Of a DNA stretch of 64,000 bases, positions 27,890-41,929 are shown one piece after another. A model generated the notes under the pieces. That model saw only the letters and a program-made list of their open reading frames with translations, had not been told where the DNA came from and did not search any database. The stretch is from Eledone cirrhosa (lineage: Eukaryota), in NCBI GenBank assembly GCA_964016885.1, contig OZ024744.1:10664001-10728000 (forward strand), written 5' to 3'. The position numbers were made by a program, and so were the translations under genes. The first letter of the stretch is position 1. Every line of letters starts with the position of its first letter.

Positions 27890-30800
27890 ATATGTTTTGA
27901 TGTTATACTCCAATATGTTGTGTTGTTGTACTCCAATATGTTGTGTAGTCGTACTCCAATATGTTGTGTTGTTGTACTCCAATATGCTGTGATGCTGTAC
28001 TCCAATATGATGTGATGTTGTACTCCAATGCGTTGTATTGTTGTACTCCAATGTGATGTGTTGTTGTACTCCAATATGTTGTGCCGTTGTACTCCAATAT
28101 TTTTTATTTTTGTACTCCAATATGTTGTGTTGTTATACTCCAATATGTTGTGTTGTTATACTCCAATATGTTGTGCTGTTGTACTCCAAATCTCGTGTTG
28201 TTATACTCCAATGTGTTGTGTTGTTATACTCCAATATGGTGTGTTGTTGTACTCCAATATGTTGTATTGTTTTTTTCCAATATGTCATGTTGTACTCCAA
28301 TATGTTGTGTTCGTGTACTCCAATATGTTGTGTTATTGTACTCCAATATGTTGCGTTGTTGTACTCCAATATGTTGTGTTGTTATACTCCAATATGTTGT
28401 GTTGTTGTACTCCAATATGTTGTCTTGTTGTACTCCAAAAGGCCATGTTATCGTACTCCAATATGTCTTGTTATACTCCAATATGTCGTGTGGCTGTACT
28501 CCAATATGTCATGTTGTTGTACTCCAATATGTCTTGTTATAGTCCAATATGTCGTGTTGTTGTACTCCAATATGTCATGTAGTTGTATTCCAATATTTCG
28601 TGTTGTTGTACCCCAATATGTCGTGTTGTTTATACTCCAATATGTTTTGCTGTTCTACTCCAATATGTTGTGTTGCTGTACTCCAATATGTTGTGTTGTT
28701 ATTCTCCAATATGTTGTGCTGTTGTACTCCAATGTGTTATGTTGTTATACTCCAATATGTTGTGCTGTGCTACTCCAATATATTGTGTTGTTGTACTCCA
28801 ATGTGTTGTGTTGTTATACTCCAATATGTTGTGTTGATTTACTCCAATATGTTGTGTTGTTGTACTCCAATCTGTTGTGTTGTTATACTCCAATATGTTG
28901 TGTTGTTATACTCCAATATGTTGTGTTGTTTTACTACAATATGTTGTGTTGTTGTACTCCAATATGTTGTGTTGTTGTACTCCAATATGTTGTGTTGTTG
29001 TAATCCAATATCTTGTGTTGTTATACTCCAATATGTTGTGTTGTTGTACTCCAATATGTTGTGTTGTTATACTCCAATATGTTGTATTGTGATACTCCAA
29101 TATGTTGTGCTGTTGTACTCCAATATGTTGTGTTGTTATACTCCAATATGTTGTGTTATTTTACTCCAATATGTTGTGTTGTTGTACTCCAATATGTTGT
29201 ATTGTTGTTCTCCAATATGTCATGTTATACTCCAATAAGTTGTGTTCTTGTACTCCAATATGTTGTGTTGTTGTACTCTAATATATCATGTTGTCGTACT
29301 CTAATATGTCATGTTATACTCCAATACGTCGTTGTTATACTCCAATATGTCATGTTGTTGTACTCCAATATGTCGTATTGTTGTACTCCAATATGTTTTG
29401 ATGTTGCACTCCAATATGTTGTGTTGTTGTACTCCAATATGTTGTGTGGTCGTACTCCAATATGTTGTATTGTTATACTCCAATATGTTGTGCTGTTGTA
29501 CTCCAATATGTTCTGTTGTTGTACTCCAATATATTGTGTTGCTGTACTCCAATATGTCGTGTTGTTGTACTCCAATATGTTGTGTTGTTGTACTCCAATA
29601 TGTTGTGTTGTTGTACTCCAATATGTTGTGTTGTTATATTCCAATATGTTATGTTGTTGTACTCCAATATGTCATGTTGTTGTACTCCAATATGTTTTGA
29701 TGTTGTACTCCAATATGTTGTGTTGTTGTACTCCAATATGTTTTGATGTTGTACTCCAATATGTTGTGTTGTTGTACTCCAATATGTTGTGTAGTCTTAC
29801 TCCAATATGTTGTGTTGTTGTACTCCAATATGATGTGATGTTGTACTCCAATATGATGTGCTGTTGTACTCCAATGCGTTGTGTTGTTGTACTCCAATAT
29901 GCTGTGTTGTTATACTCCAATATGTTGTGTTGTTATACTCCAATATGTTGTGTTGGTGTAATCCAATATCTTGTGTTATTTTACTCCAATATGTTGTGTT
30001 GTTGTACTCCAATATGTTGTGTTGTTGTACTCCAATATGTTGTGTTGTTGTAATCCAATATCTTGTGTTGTTATACTCCAATATGTTGTGCTGTTGTACT
30101 CCAATATTTTGAGTTGTTATACTCCAATATGTAGTGTTGTTATACTCCAATATGTTGTGTTGTTGTACTCCAATCTGTTGCGTTATACTCCAATATGTTG
30201 TGTTGTTATACTCCAATATGTTGTGTTGTTATACTCCAATATGTTGTGTTGTTTTACTCCAATATGTTGTATTGTTGATCTCCAATATGTCATATTATAC
30301 TCCAATAAGTTGTGTTCTTGTACTCCAATATGTTTTGTTGTTGTACTCCAATATGTTGCTTTGTTGTACTCCAATATATCATGTTGTCGTACTGCAATAT
30401 GTCATGTTATACTCCAATATGTTTTGATGCTGTACTCCAATATGTTGTGTTGTTGTACTACAATATGTTGTGTTGTTGTACTCCAATATGTTGTGTTGTT
30501 ATACTCCAATATGTTGTGCTGTTGTACTCCAATATGTTGTGTTGTTATACTCCAATATGTAGTGTTGTTATACTCCAATATGTTGTGTTGTTGTACTCCA
30601 ATCTGTTGTGTTGTTATACTCCAATATATTGTGTTGTTATACTCCAATATGTTGTGTTGTTTAACTCCAATATGTTGTGTTGTTGTACTCCAATATGTTG
30701 TATTGTTGTTCTCCAATATGTCATGTTATACTCCAATAAGTTGTGTCCTTGTACTCCAATATGTTGTGTTGTTGTACTCCAATATGTTGTGTTGTCGTAC

Positions 30801-32006
30801 TCCAATATGTTGTGTTGTTGTACTCCAATATATCATGTTGTCGTACTCCAATATGTCATGATGTTGTACTCCAATATGTCGTGTTCTTGTACTCCAATAT
30901 GTCGTGTTGTCGTACTGCAATATGTTGTGTTGTTGTACTCCAATATGTTGTGCTGTTGTACTCCAATATGTTGTGCTGTTGTACTCCAATATGTTGTGTT
31001 GTTATACTCCAATATGTTGTGCTGTTGTACTCCAATACGTCGTGTTGTACTCCAATATGTTGTGTTGTTATACTCCAATATGTTATGTTGTTGTACTCCA
31101 ATATGTCTTGTTGTTGTACTCCAATATGTTTTGATGTTGTACCCCAATATGTTGTGTTGTTGTACTCCAATATGTTTTGATGTTGTACTCCAATATGTTG
31201 TGTTGTTGTACTCCAATATGTTTTGATGTTGTACTCCAATATGTTGTGTTGTTATAGTCCAATATGTCGTGTTGTTGTACTCCAATATGTTATGTAGTAG
31301 TATTCCAATATTTCGTGTTGTTGTACCCCAATATGTCTTGTTGTTTATACTCCAATATGTCTTGCTGTTGTACTCCAATATGTTGTGTTGCTGTACTCCA
31401 ATATGTTGTGTTGTTATTCTCCAATATGTTGTGCTGTTGTACTCCAATGTGTTATGTTGTTATACTCCAATATCTTGTGCTGTGCTACTCCAATATATTG
31501 TGTTGTTGTACTCCAATGTGTTGTGTTGTTATACTCCAATATGTTGTGTTGACTTACTCCAATATGTTGTGTTGTTGTACTCCAATCTGTTGTGTTGTTA
31601 TACTCCAATATGTTGTGTTGTTATACTCCAATATGTTGTGTTGTTTTACTCCAATATGTTGTGTTGTTGTACTCCAATATGTTGTGTTGTTGTACTCCAA
31701 TATGTTGTGTTGTTGTAATCCAATATCTTGTGTTGTTATACTCCAATATGTTGTGCTGTTGTACTCCAATATGTTGTGTTATACTCCAATATGTTGTGTT
31801 GTTTTACTCCAATATGTTGTTGTTGTACTCCAATATGTTGTATTGTTGTTCTCCAATATGTCATGTTATACTCCAATAAGTTGTGTTCTTGTACTCCAAT
31901 ATGTTGTGTTGTTGTACTCCAATATATCATGTTGTCGTACTCCAATATGTCATGTTATACTCCAATATGTCGTTGGTATACTCCAATATGTCATGTTGTA
32001 CTCCAA
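27890..32006. repeat. ~4.1-kb block, near-identical to 59885-64000
   Basis: Offset is 31994 (28038/60032, 29013/61007, 31269/63263) and 31971 in the middle. Shared rare variants include GCTGTTCTAC, TTTTACTACAA, ATTTTGAG and ATCTTGTGCTGTGC. Confidence 0.9.
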
Positions 32007-32759
32007 TGTGTCGTATTGTTGTACTCCAATATGTTTTGATGTTGTACTCCAATATGTTGTGTTGTTGTACTCCAATATGTTGTGTAGCCGTACTCCAATA
32101 TGTTGTGTTGTTATACTCCAATATGTTATGTTGTTGTACTCCAATATGTCATGTTGTTGTACTCCAATATGTTTTGATGTTGTACTCCAATATGTTGTGT
32201 TGTTGTACTCCAATATGGGTTGATGTTGTACTCCAATATGTTGTGTTGTTGTACTCCAATATGATGTGTAGTCGTACTCCAATATGTTGTGTTGTTGTAC
32301 TCCAATATGCTGTGATGTTGTACTCCAATATGATGTGCTGTTGTACTCCAATGCGTTGTGTTGTTGTACTCCAATATGCTGTGTTGTTATACTCCAATAT
32401 GTTGTGTTGTTGTACTCCAATATGTTGTGTTGTTGTACTCCAATATGTTGTGTTGTTGTAATCCAATATCTTGTGTTGTTATACTCCAATATGTTATGCT
32501 GTTGTACTCCAATATGTTGAGTTGTTATACTCCAATATGTAGTGTTGTTATACTCCAATATGTTGTGTTGTTGTACTCCAATCTGTTGCGTTATACTCCA
32601 ATATGTTGTGTTGTTATACTCCAATATGTTGTGTTGTTATACTCCAATATGTTGTGTTGTTTTACTCCAATATATTGTATTGTTGATCTCCAATATGTCA
32701 TATTATACTCCAATAAGTTGTGTTCTTGTACTCCAATATGTGTTGTTGTTGTACTCCAA

Positions 32760-35700
32760 TATGTTGCGTTGTTGTACTCCAATATATCATGTTGTCGTAC
32801 TCCAATATGTCATGTTATACTCCAATATGTCGTTGTTATACTCCAATAGGTCATGATGTTGTACTCCAATATGTCGCGTTGTCGTACTCCAATATGTTGT
32901 GTTGTACTCCAATACGTTGTGCTGTTGTACTCCAATATGTTGTGTTGTTGTACCCCAATATGTTGTGTTGTTATACTCCAATATGTTGTGCTGTTGTACT
33001 CCAATATTTCGTGTTATTGTACTCCAATACGTCGTGTTGTACTCCAATATGTTGTATTGTTATACTCCAATATGTTATGTTGTTGTACTCCAATATGTCT
33101 TGTTGTTGTACTCCAATATGTTTTGATGTTGTACTCCAATATGTTGTGTTGTTGTACTCCAATATGTTTTGATGTTGTACTCCAATATGTTGTGTTGTTG
33201 TACTCCAATATGTTGTGTAGTCGTACTCCAATATGTTGCGTTGTTGTACTCTAATGTGTTGTGTTGTTATTCTCCAATATGTTGTGATGTTGTACTCCAA
33301 TGCGTTGTGTTGTTGTACTCCAATGTGATGTGTTGTTGTACTCCAATATGTTGTGCTGTTGTACTCCAATATTTTTTGTTTTTTGTACTCCAATATGTTG
33401 TGTTGTTATACTCCAATATGTTGTGTTATTATACTCCAATATGTTGTGCTGTTGTACTCCAAATCTCGTGTTGTTATACTCCAATGTGTTGTGTTGTTAT
33501 ACTCCAATATGGTGTGTTGTTGTACTCCAATATGTTGTATTGTTTTCTCCAATATGTCATGTTATACTCCAATATGGTGTGTTCGTGTACTCCAATATGT
33601 TGTGTTATTTTACTCCAATATGTTGCGTTGTTGTACTCCAATATGTTGTGTTGTTATACTCCAATATGTCGTGTGGCTGTACTCCAATATGTCATGTTGT
33701 TGTACTCCAATATGTCTTGTTATAGTCCAATATGTCGTGTTGTTGTACTCCAATATATCATGTAGTTGTACTCCAATATTTCGTGTTGTTGTACCCCAAT
33801 ATGTAGTGTTGTTTATACTCCAATATGTTTTGCTGTTGTACTCCAATATGTTGTGTTGCTGTACTCCTATATGTTGTGTTGTTATTCTCCAATATGTTGT
33901 GCTGTTGTACTCCAATGTGTTGTGTTGTTATACTCCAATATGTTGTGTTGATTTACTCCAATATGTTGTGTTGTTGTACTCCAATCTGTTGTGTTGTTAT
34001 ACTCCAATGTGTTGTGTTGTTATACTCCAATATGTTGTGTTGTTGTAGTCCAATATGTTGTGTTGTCGTACTCCAATATGTTGTGTTCTTATACTCCAAT
34101 ATTTCGTGTGGTTGTACTCCAATATGATGTGCTGTTATACTCCAATATGTTGTGTTGTTGTACTCCAATATGTTGTGTTGTTGTACTCCAATATGTTGTG
34201 CCGTTGTACTCCAATATTTTTTTTGTTTTTGTACTCCAAAATGTTGTGTTGTTATACTCCAATATGTTGTGTTGTTATACACCCATGTGGTGTGCTGTTG
34301 TAATCCAATATGTTATGTTGTACTCCAATATGTTGTGTTGTTATACTCCAATATGTAGTGTTGTTATACTCCAATATGTTGTGTTGTTGTACTCCAATCT
34401 GTTGTGTTATACTCCAATATGTTGTGTTGTTATACTCCAATATGTTGTGTCGTTATACTCCAATATGTTGTGTTGTTTTACTCCAATATGTTGTGTTGTT
34501 GTACTCCAATATGTTGTATTGTTGTTCTCCAATATGTCATGCTATACTCCAATAAGTTGTGTTCTTGTACTCCAATGTGTTTTGTTGTTGTACTCCAATA
34601 TGTTGTGTTGTTGTACTCCAATATATCATGTTGTCGTACTCCAATATGTCATGTTATACTCCAATATGTCGTTGTTATACTCCAATATGTCATGTTGCTG
34701 TACTCCAACATGTCGTGTTGTAGTACTCCAATATGTGTTGATGTTGTACTCCAATATGTTGTGTTGTTGTACTCCAATATGTTGTGTTGTTGTACTCCAA
34801 TATGTCATGTTGTTGTACTCCGATATTTCGTGTTGTTCTACTCCAATATTTCGTGTTGTTGTACTCCAATATTTCGTGTTGTTGTACTCCAATATGTCGT
34901 GGTGTTGTACTCCAATATGTTTTGATGTTGTACTCCAATATGTCGTGTTGTTGTACTCCAATATGTTGTGATGTTGTACTCCAATATGCTGTGTTGTTAT
35001 ACTCCTATATATTGTGCTGTTGTACTTCAATATGTTGTGTTCTACTCCAATATGTTGTGTTGTTATACTCCAATATGTTGTGTTGTTGTACTCCAATATG
35101 TTGTGTTGTTGTACTCCAATATGTTGTGTTGTTGTACTCCAATATGTGATGTTGTTGTACTCCAATATGTCGTATTGTTGTACTCCAATATATTGTGTTG
35201 TTATACTCCAATATTTCGTGTTGTTTTAGTCCAATATGTCATGATGTTTTACTCCAATATTTCGTGTTGTTGTACTCCAATATGTCATGGTGTTGTACTT
35301 GAATATGTCGTATTGTTGTACTCCAATATGTTGTGTTGTTGTTCTCCAATATGTCGTGTTGTTATACTCCAATATGTTATGATGTTGTACTCCAATATAT
35401 TGTGTTGTTGTACTCCAATATGTTGTGTTGCTGTACTCCAATATGTTGTGTCGTTGTACTCCAATATGTTGTGTTGTTGTACTCCAATATGTTGTGTTGT
35501 TGTACTCCAATATGTTGTGTTGTTGTACTCCAATATGTTGTGTTGTTGTACTCCAATATGTTGTGTTGTTGTACTCCAATATGTTGTGTTGTTGTACTCC
35601 AATAGGTTGTGTTGTTATACTCCAATATATTGTGCTGTTGTACTCTAATATTTCGTGTTGTTGCACTCCAATACGTCGTGTTGTACTCCAATATGTTTTG

Positions 35701-38700
35701 ATGTTGTACTCCAATATGTTGTGTTGTTGTACTCCAATATGTTGTGTTGTTGTACTCCAATCTGTTGTGTTGTTATACTCCAATATATTGTGTTGTTATA
35801 CTCCAATATGTTGTGTTGTTTTACTCCAATATGTTGTGTTGTTGTACTCCAATATGTTGTATTGTTGTTCTCCAATATTTCATGTTATACTCCAATAAGT
35901 TGTGTTCTTGTACTCCAATATGTTGTGTTGTTGTACTCCAATATGTTGTGTTGTTGTACTCCAATATATCATGTTGTCGTACTCCAATATGTCATGTTAT
36001 ACTCCAATATGTCGTTGTTATACTCCAATAGGTCATGATGTTGTACTCCAATATGTCGCGTTGTCGTACTCCAATATGTTGTGTTGTACTCCAATACGTT
36101 GTGCTGTTGTACTCCAATATGTTGTGTTGTTGTACCCCAATATGTTGTGTTATACTCCAATATGTTGTGCTGTTGTACTCCAATATTTCGTGTTATTGTA
36201 CTCCAATACGTCGTGTTGTACTCCAATATGTTGTATTGTTATACTCCAATATGTTATGTTGTTGTACTCCAATATGTCTTGTTGTTGTACTCCAATATGT
36301 TTTGATGTTGTACTCCAATATGTTGTGTTGTTGTACTCCAATATGTTTTGATGTTGTACTCCAATATGTTGTGTTGTTGTACTCCAATATGTCGTGTAGT
36401 CGTACTCCAATATGTTGCGTTGTTGTACTCTAATGTGTTGTGTTGTTATTCTCCAATATGTTGTGATGTTGTACTCCAATGCGTTGTGTTGTTGTACTCC
36501 AATGTGATGTGTTGTTGTACTCCAATATGTTGTGCTGTTGTACTCCAATATTTTTTGTTTTTTGTACTCCAATATGTTGTGTTGTTATACTCCAATATGT
36601 TGTGTTATTATACTCCAATATGTTGTGCTGTTGTACTCCAATATGTTGTGTTGTTATACTCCAATGTGTTGTGTTGTTATACTCCAATATGGTGTGTTGT
36701 TGTACTCCAATATGTTGTATTGTTTTCTCCAATATGTCATGTTATACTCCAATATGGTGTGTTCGTGTACTCCAATATGTTGTGTTATTGTACTCCAATA
36801 TGTTGCGTTGTTGTACTCCAATATGTTGTGTTGTTATACTCCAATATGTCGTGTGGCTGTACTCCAATATGTCATGTTGTTGTACTCCAATATGTCTTGT
36901 TATAGTCCAATATGTCGTGTTGTTGTACTCCAATATATCATGTAGTTGTACTCCAATATTTCGTGTTGTTGTACCCCAATATGTAGTGTTGTTTATACTC
37001 CAATATGTTTTGCTGTTGTACTCCAATATGTTGTGTTGCTGTACTCCTATATGTTGTGTTGTTATTCTCCAATATGTTGTGCTGTTGTACTCCAATGTGT
37101 TGTGTTGTTATACTCCAATATGTTGTGTTGATTTACTCCAATATGTTGTGTTGTTGTACTCCAATCTGTTGTGTTGTTATACTCCAATGTGTTGTGTTGT
37201 TATACTCCAATATGTTGTGTTGTTGTAGTCCAATATGTTGTGTTGTCGTACTCCAATATGTTGTGTTCTTATACTCCAATATTTCGTGTGGTTGTACTCC
37301 AATATGTCATGGTGTTGTACTTCAATATGTCGTGTTGTTTTACTCCAATATGTTGTGTTGTTGTACTCCAATATGCTGTGTTGTTGTACTCCAATATGTT
37401 GTGTTGTTATACTCCAATATGTTGTGTTGTTGTACTCCAATATCTTGTGTTGTTATACTCCAATATGTTGTGTTGTTATACTCCAATATGTTGTGTTGTT
37501 GTACTCCAATATGTTGTGCTGTTATACTCCAATATGATGTGCTGTTATACTCCAATATGTTGTGTTGTTGTACTCCAATATGTTGTGTTGTTGTACTCCA
37601 ATATGTTGTGCCGTTGTACTCCAATATTTTTTTTGTTTTTGTACTCCAAAATGTTGTGTTGTTATACTCCAATATGTTGTGTTGTTATACACCCATGTGG
37701 TGTGCTGTTGTAATCCAATATGTTATGTTGTACTCCAATATGTTGTGTTGTTATACTCCAATATGTAGTGTTGTTATACTCCAATATGTTGTGTTGTTGT
37801 ACTCCAATCTGTTGTGTTATACTCCAATATGTTGTGTTGTTATACTCCAATATGTTGTGTCGTTATACTCCAATATGTTGTGTTGTTTTACTCCAATATG
37901 TTGTGTTGTTGTACTCCAATATGTTGTATTGTTGTTCTCCAATATGTCATGCTATACTCCAATAAGTTGTGTTCTTGTACTCCAATGTGTTTTGTTGTTG
38001 TACTCCAATATGTTGTGTTGTTGTACTCCAATATATCATGTTGTCGTACTCCAATATGTCATGTTATACTCCAATATGTCGTTGTTATACTCCAATATAT
38101 CATGTTGCTGTACTCCAACATGTCGTGTTGTAGTACTCCAATATGTGTTGATGTTGTACTCCAATATGTTGTGTTGTTGTACTCCAATATGTTGTGTTGT
38201 TGTACTCCAATATGTCATGTTGTTGTACTCCGATATTTCGTGTTGTTCTACTCCAATATTTCGTGTTGTTGTACTCCAATATGTCGTGGTGTTGTACTCC
38301 AATATGTTTTGATGTTGTACTCCAATATGTCGTGTTGTTGTACTCCAATATGTTGTGATGTTGTACTCCAATATGCTGTGTTGTTATACTCCTATATATT
38401 GTGCTGTTGTACTTCAATATGTTGTGTTCTACTCCAATATGTTGTGTTGTTATACTCCAATATGTTGTGTTGTTGTACTCCAATATGTTGTGTTGTTGTA
38501 CTCCAATATGTGATGTTGTTGTACTCCAATATGTCGTATTGTTGTACTCCAATATATTGTGTTGTTATACTCCAATATTTCGTGTTGTTTTAGTCCAATA
38601 TGTCATGATGTTTTACTCCAATATTTCGTGTTGTTGTACTCCAATATGTCATGGTGTTGTACTTGAATATGTCGTATTGTTGTACTCCAATATGTTGTGT

Positions 38701-39020
38701 TGTTGTTCTCCAATATGTCGTGTTGTTATACTCCAATATGTTATGATGTTGTACTCCAATATATTGTGTTGTTGTACTCCAATATGTTGTGTTGCTGTAC
38801 TCCAATATGTTGTGTCGTTGTACTCCAATATGTTGTGTTGTTGTACTCCAATATGTTGTGTTGTTGTACTCCAATATGTTGTGTTGTTGTACTCCAATAT
38901 GTTGTGTTGTTGTACTCCAATATGTTGTGTTGTTGTACTCCAATAGGTTGTGTTGTTATACTCCAATATATTGTGCTGTTGTACTCTAATATTTCGTGTT
39001 GTTGCACTCCAATACGTCGT
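32760..39020. repeat. ~3.2-3.4-kb tandem duplication with internal indels
   Basis: Offsets are 3182 (32853/36035), 3180 (33766/36946), 3410 (34310/37720) and 3364 (35226/38590). Shared private variants are TACACCCATG, GTTCTTATAC, CATGATGTTTTAC and CCTATATATTG. Confidence 0.85.
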
Positions 39021-40419
39021 GTTGTTGTACTCCAATATGTTTTGATGTTGTACTCCAATATGTTGTGTTGTTGTACTCCAATATGTTTTGATGTTATACT
39101 CCAATATGTTGTGTTGTTGTACTCCAATATGTTGTGTAGTCGTACTCCAATATGTTGTGTTGTTGTACTCCAATATGCTGTGATGTTGTACTCCAATATG
39201 ATGTGATGCTGTACTCCAATGCGTTGTGTTGTTGTACTCCAATGTGATGTGTTGTTGTACTCCAATATGTTGTGCCGTTGTACTCCAATATTTTTTTTAT
39301 TTTTGTACTCCAATATGTTGTGTTGTTATACTCCAATATGTTGTGTTGTTATACTCCAATGTGTTGTGTTGTTATACTCCAATATGGTGTGTTGTTGTAC
39401 TCCAATATGTTGTATTGTTTTTTTTCCAATATGTCATGTTATACTCCAATATGTTGTGTTCGTGTACTCCAATATGTTGTGTTATTGTACTCCAATACGT
39501 TGCGTTGTTGTACTCCAATATGTTGTGTTGTTATACTCCAATATGACGTGTGGCTGTACTCCAATATGTCATGTTGTTGTACTCCAATATGTCTTGTTAT
39601 AGTCCAATATGTCGTGTTGTTGTACTCCAATATGTCATGTAGTTGTATTCCAATATTTCGTGTTCTTGTACCCCAATATGTCGTGTTGTTTATACTCCAA
39701 TATGTTTTGCTGTTGTACTCCAATATGTTGTGTTGCTGTACTCCAATATGTTGTGTTGTTATTCTCCAATATGTTGTGCTGTTGTACTCCAATGTGTTAT
39801 GTTGTTATACTCCAATATGTTGTGCTGTGCTACTCCAATATATTGTGTTGTTGTACTCCAATGTGTTGTGTTGTTATACTCCAATATGTTGTGTTGATTT
39901 ACTCCAATATGTTGTGTTGTTGTACTCCAATCTGTTGTGTTGTTATACTCCAATATGTTGTGTTGTTATACTCCAATATGTTGTGTTGTTTTCCTCCAAT
40001 ATGTTGTGTTGTTGTACTCCAATATGTTGTGTTGTTGTACTCCAATATGTTGTGTTGTTGTAATCCAATATCTTGTGTTGTTATACTCCAATATGTTGTG
40101 TTGTTGTACTCCAATATGTTGTGTTGTTATACTCCAATAGTTGTGTTGTGATACTCCAATATGTTGTGCTGTTGTACTCCCATATGTTGTGTTGTTATAC
40201 TCCAATATGTTGTGTTGTTTTACTCCAATATGTTGTGTTGTTGTACTCCAATATGTTGTATTGTTGTTCTCCAATATGTCATGTTATACTCCAATAAGTT
40301 GTGTTCTTTTACTCCAATATGTTGTGTTGTTGTACTCTAATATATCATGTTGTCGTACTCCAATATGTCATGTTATACTCCAATATGTCGTTGTTATACT
40401 CCAATATGTCATGTTGTTG

Positions 40420-40745
40420 TACTCCAATATGTCGTATTGTTGTACTCCAATATGTTTTGATGTTGTACTCCAATATGTTGTGTTGTTGTACTCCAATATG
40501 TTGTGTAGTCGTACTCCAATATGTTGTATTGTTATACTCCAATATGGTGTGCTGTTGTACTCCAATATGTTCTGTTGTTGTACTCCAATATGTCGTATTG
40601 TTGTACTCCAATATGTTTTGATGTTGTACTCCAATATGTTGTGTTGTTGTACTCCAATATGTTGTGTAGTCGTACTCCAATATGTTGTATTGTTATACTC
40701 CAATATGTTGTGCTGTTGTACTCCAATATGTTCTGTTGTTGTACT
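40420..40745. repeat. 161-bp (7-monomer) tandem duplication
   Basis: GTCGTATT at 40431 and 40592, each followed by TTTTGATG, GTAGTCG, GTATTGTTATAC and TTCTG monomers. 161 = 7x23. Confidence 0.85.
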
Positions 40746-41929
40746 CCAATATATTGTGTTGTTGTACTCCAATATGTCATGGTGTTGTACTTCAATATGT
40801 CGTATTGTTGTACTCCAATATGTTGTGTTGTTCTCCAATATGTCGTGTTGTTATACTCCAATATGTTATGATGTTGTACTCCAATATATTGTGTTGTTGT
40901 ACTCCAATATGTTGTGTTGCTCTACTCCAATATGTTGTGTCGTTGTACTCCAATATGTTGTGTTGTTATACTCCAATATGTTGTGCTGTTGTACTCCAAT
41001 ATGTCATGTTGTTGTACTTCGATATTTCGTGTTGTTGTACTCCAACATGTCGTGTTTTTGTACTCCAATATGTTTTGATGTTGTACTCCAATATGTTGTG
41101 TTGCTGTACTCCAATATGTTGTATTGTTGTACTCCAATATGCTGTGTTGTTATACTCCTATATGTTGTGCTGTTGTACTCCAATATGTTGTGTTGTACTC
41201 CAATATGTTGTGTTGTTATACTCCAATATGTTGTGTTGTTGTACTCCAATATGTTGTGTTGTTGTACTCCAATATGTGATGTTGTTGTACTCCAATATGT
41301 CGTGATGTTGTACTCCAATATGCTGTGTTGTTATACTCCACTATTTCGTGTTGTTATACTCCAATATGTTGTGTTGTTGTACTCCAATATGTTGTTTTGT
41401 TGTACTCCAATATGTCATGTTGTTGTACTCCAGTATGTCTTGTTATACTCCAATATGTCGTTTTGCTGTACTCCAATATGTCATGATGTTGTACTCCAAT
41501 ATGTTTTGCTGTTGTACTCCACTGTGTTGTGTTGTTGAACTCCAATATGTTGTGTTGTTGTTCTCCAATATTTTGTGATCTTGTACTCCAATGTGTTGTG
41601 TTGTTATACTCCAATATGTTGTGTTGTTATACTCCAATATGTTGTGTTGTTATACTCCAATATGTTGTGTTGTTGTACTCCAATATGTTGTGTTGTGATA
41701 CTCCAATATGTTGTGCTGCTGTACTCCAATATGTTGAGTTGTTATACTCCAATATGTAGTGTTGTTATACTTCAATGTGTTTTGTTGTTGTACTCCAATA
41801 TGTTGTGTTGCTGTACTCCAATATGTTGTATTGTTGTACTCCAATATGTTGTGTTGTTGTACTCCAATATGTGATGTTGTTGTACTCCAATATGTCGGGT
41901 TGTTGTACTCCAATATGTTGTGTTGTTAT

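Larger units (their letters stand above)
16985..38700. repeat. Rearranged ~10-11 kb tandem block duplication (~17.0-27.9 kb vs ~28.0-38.7 kb)
   Basis: Near-identical ORF translations at offsets 11113 (17900/29013, 18858/29971), 10526 (20888/31414), 10049 (23120/33169) and 10777 (26228/37005). Confidence 0.75.

Noticed and set aside
40420-40745. Nucleosome-length phasing (7x23 = 161 bp)
   Set aside because: Only isolated duplications near this size were seen. Others are 46, 273 and 1663 bp or longer, so no array-wide period is evident by eye.
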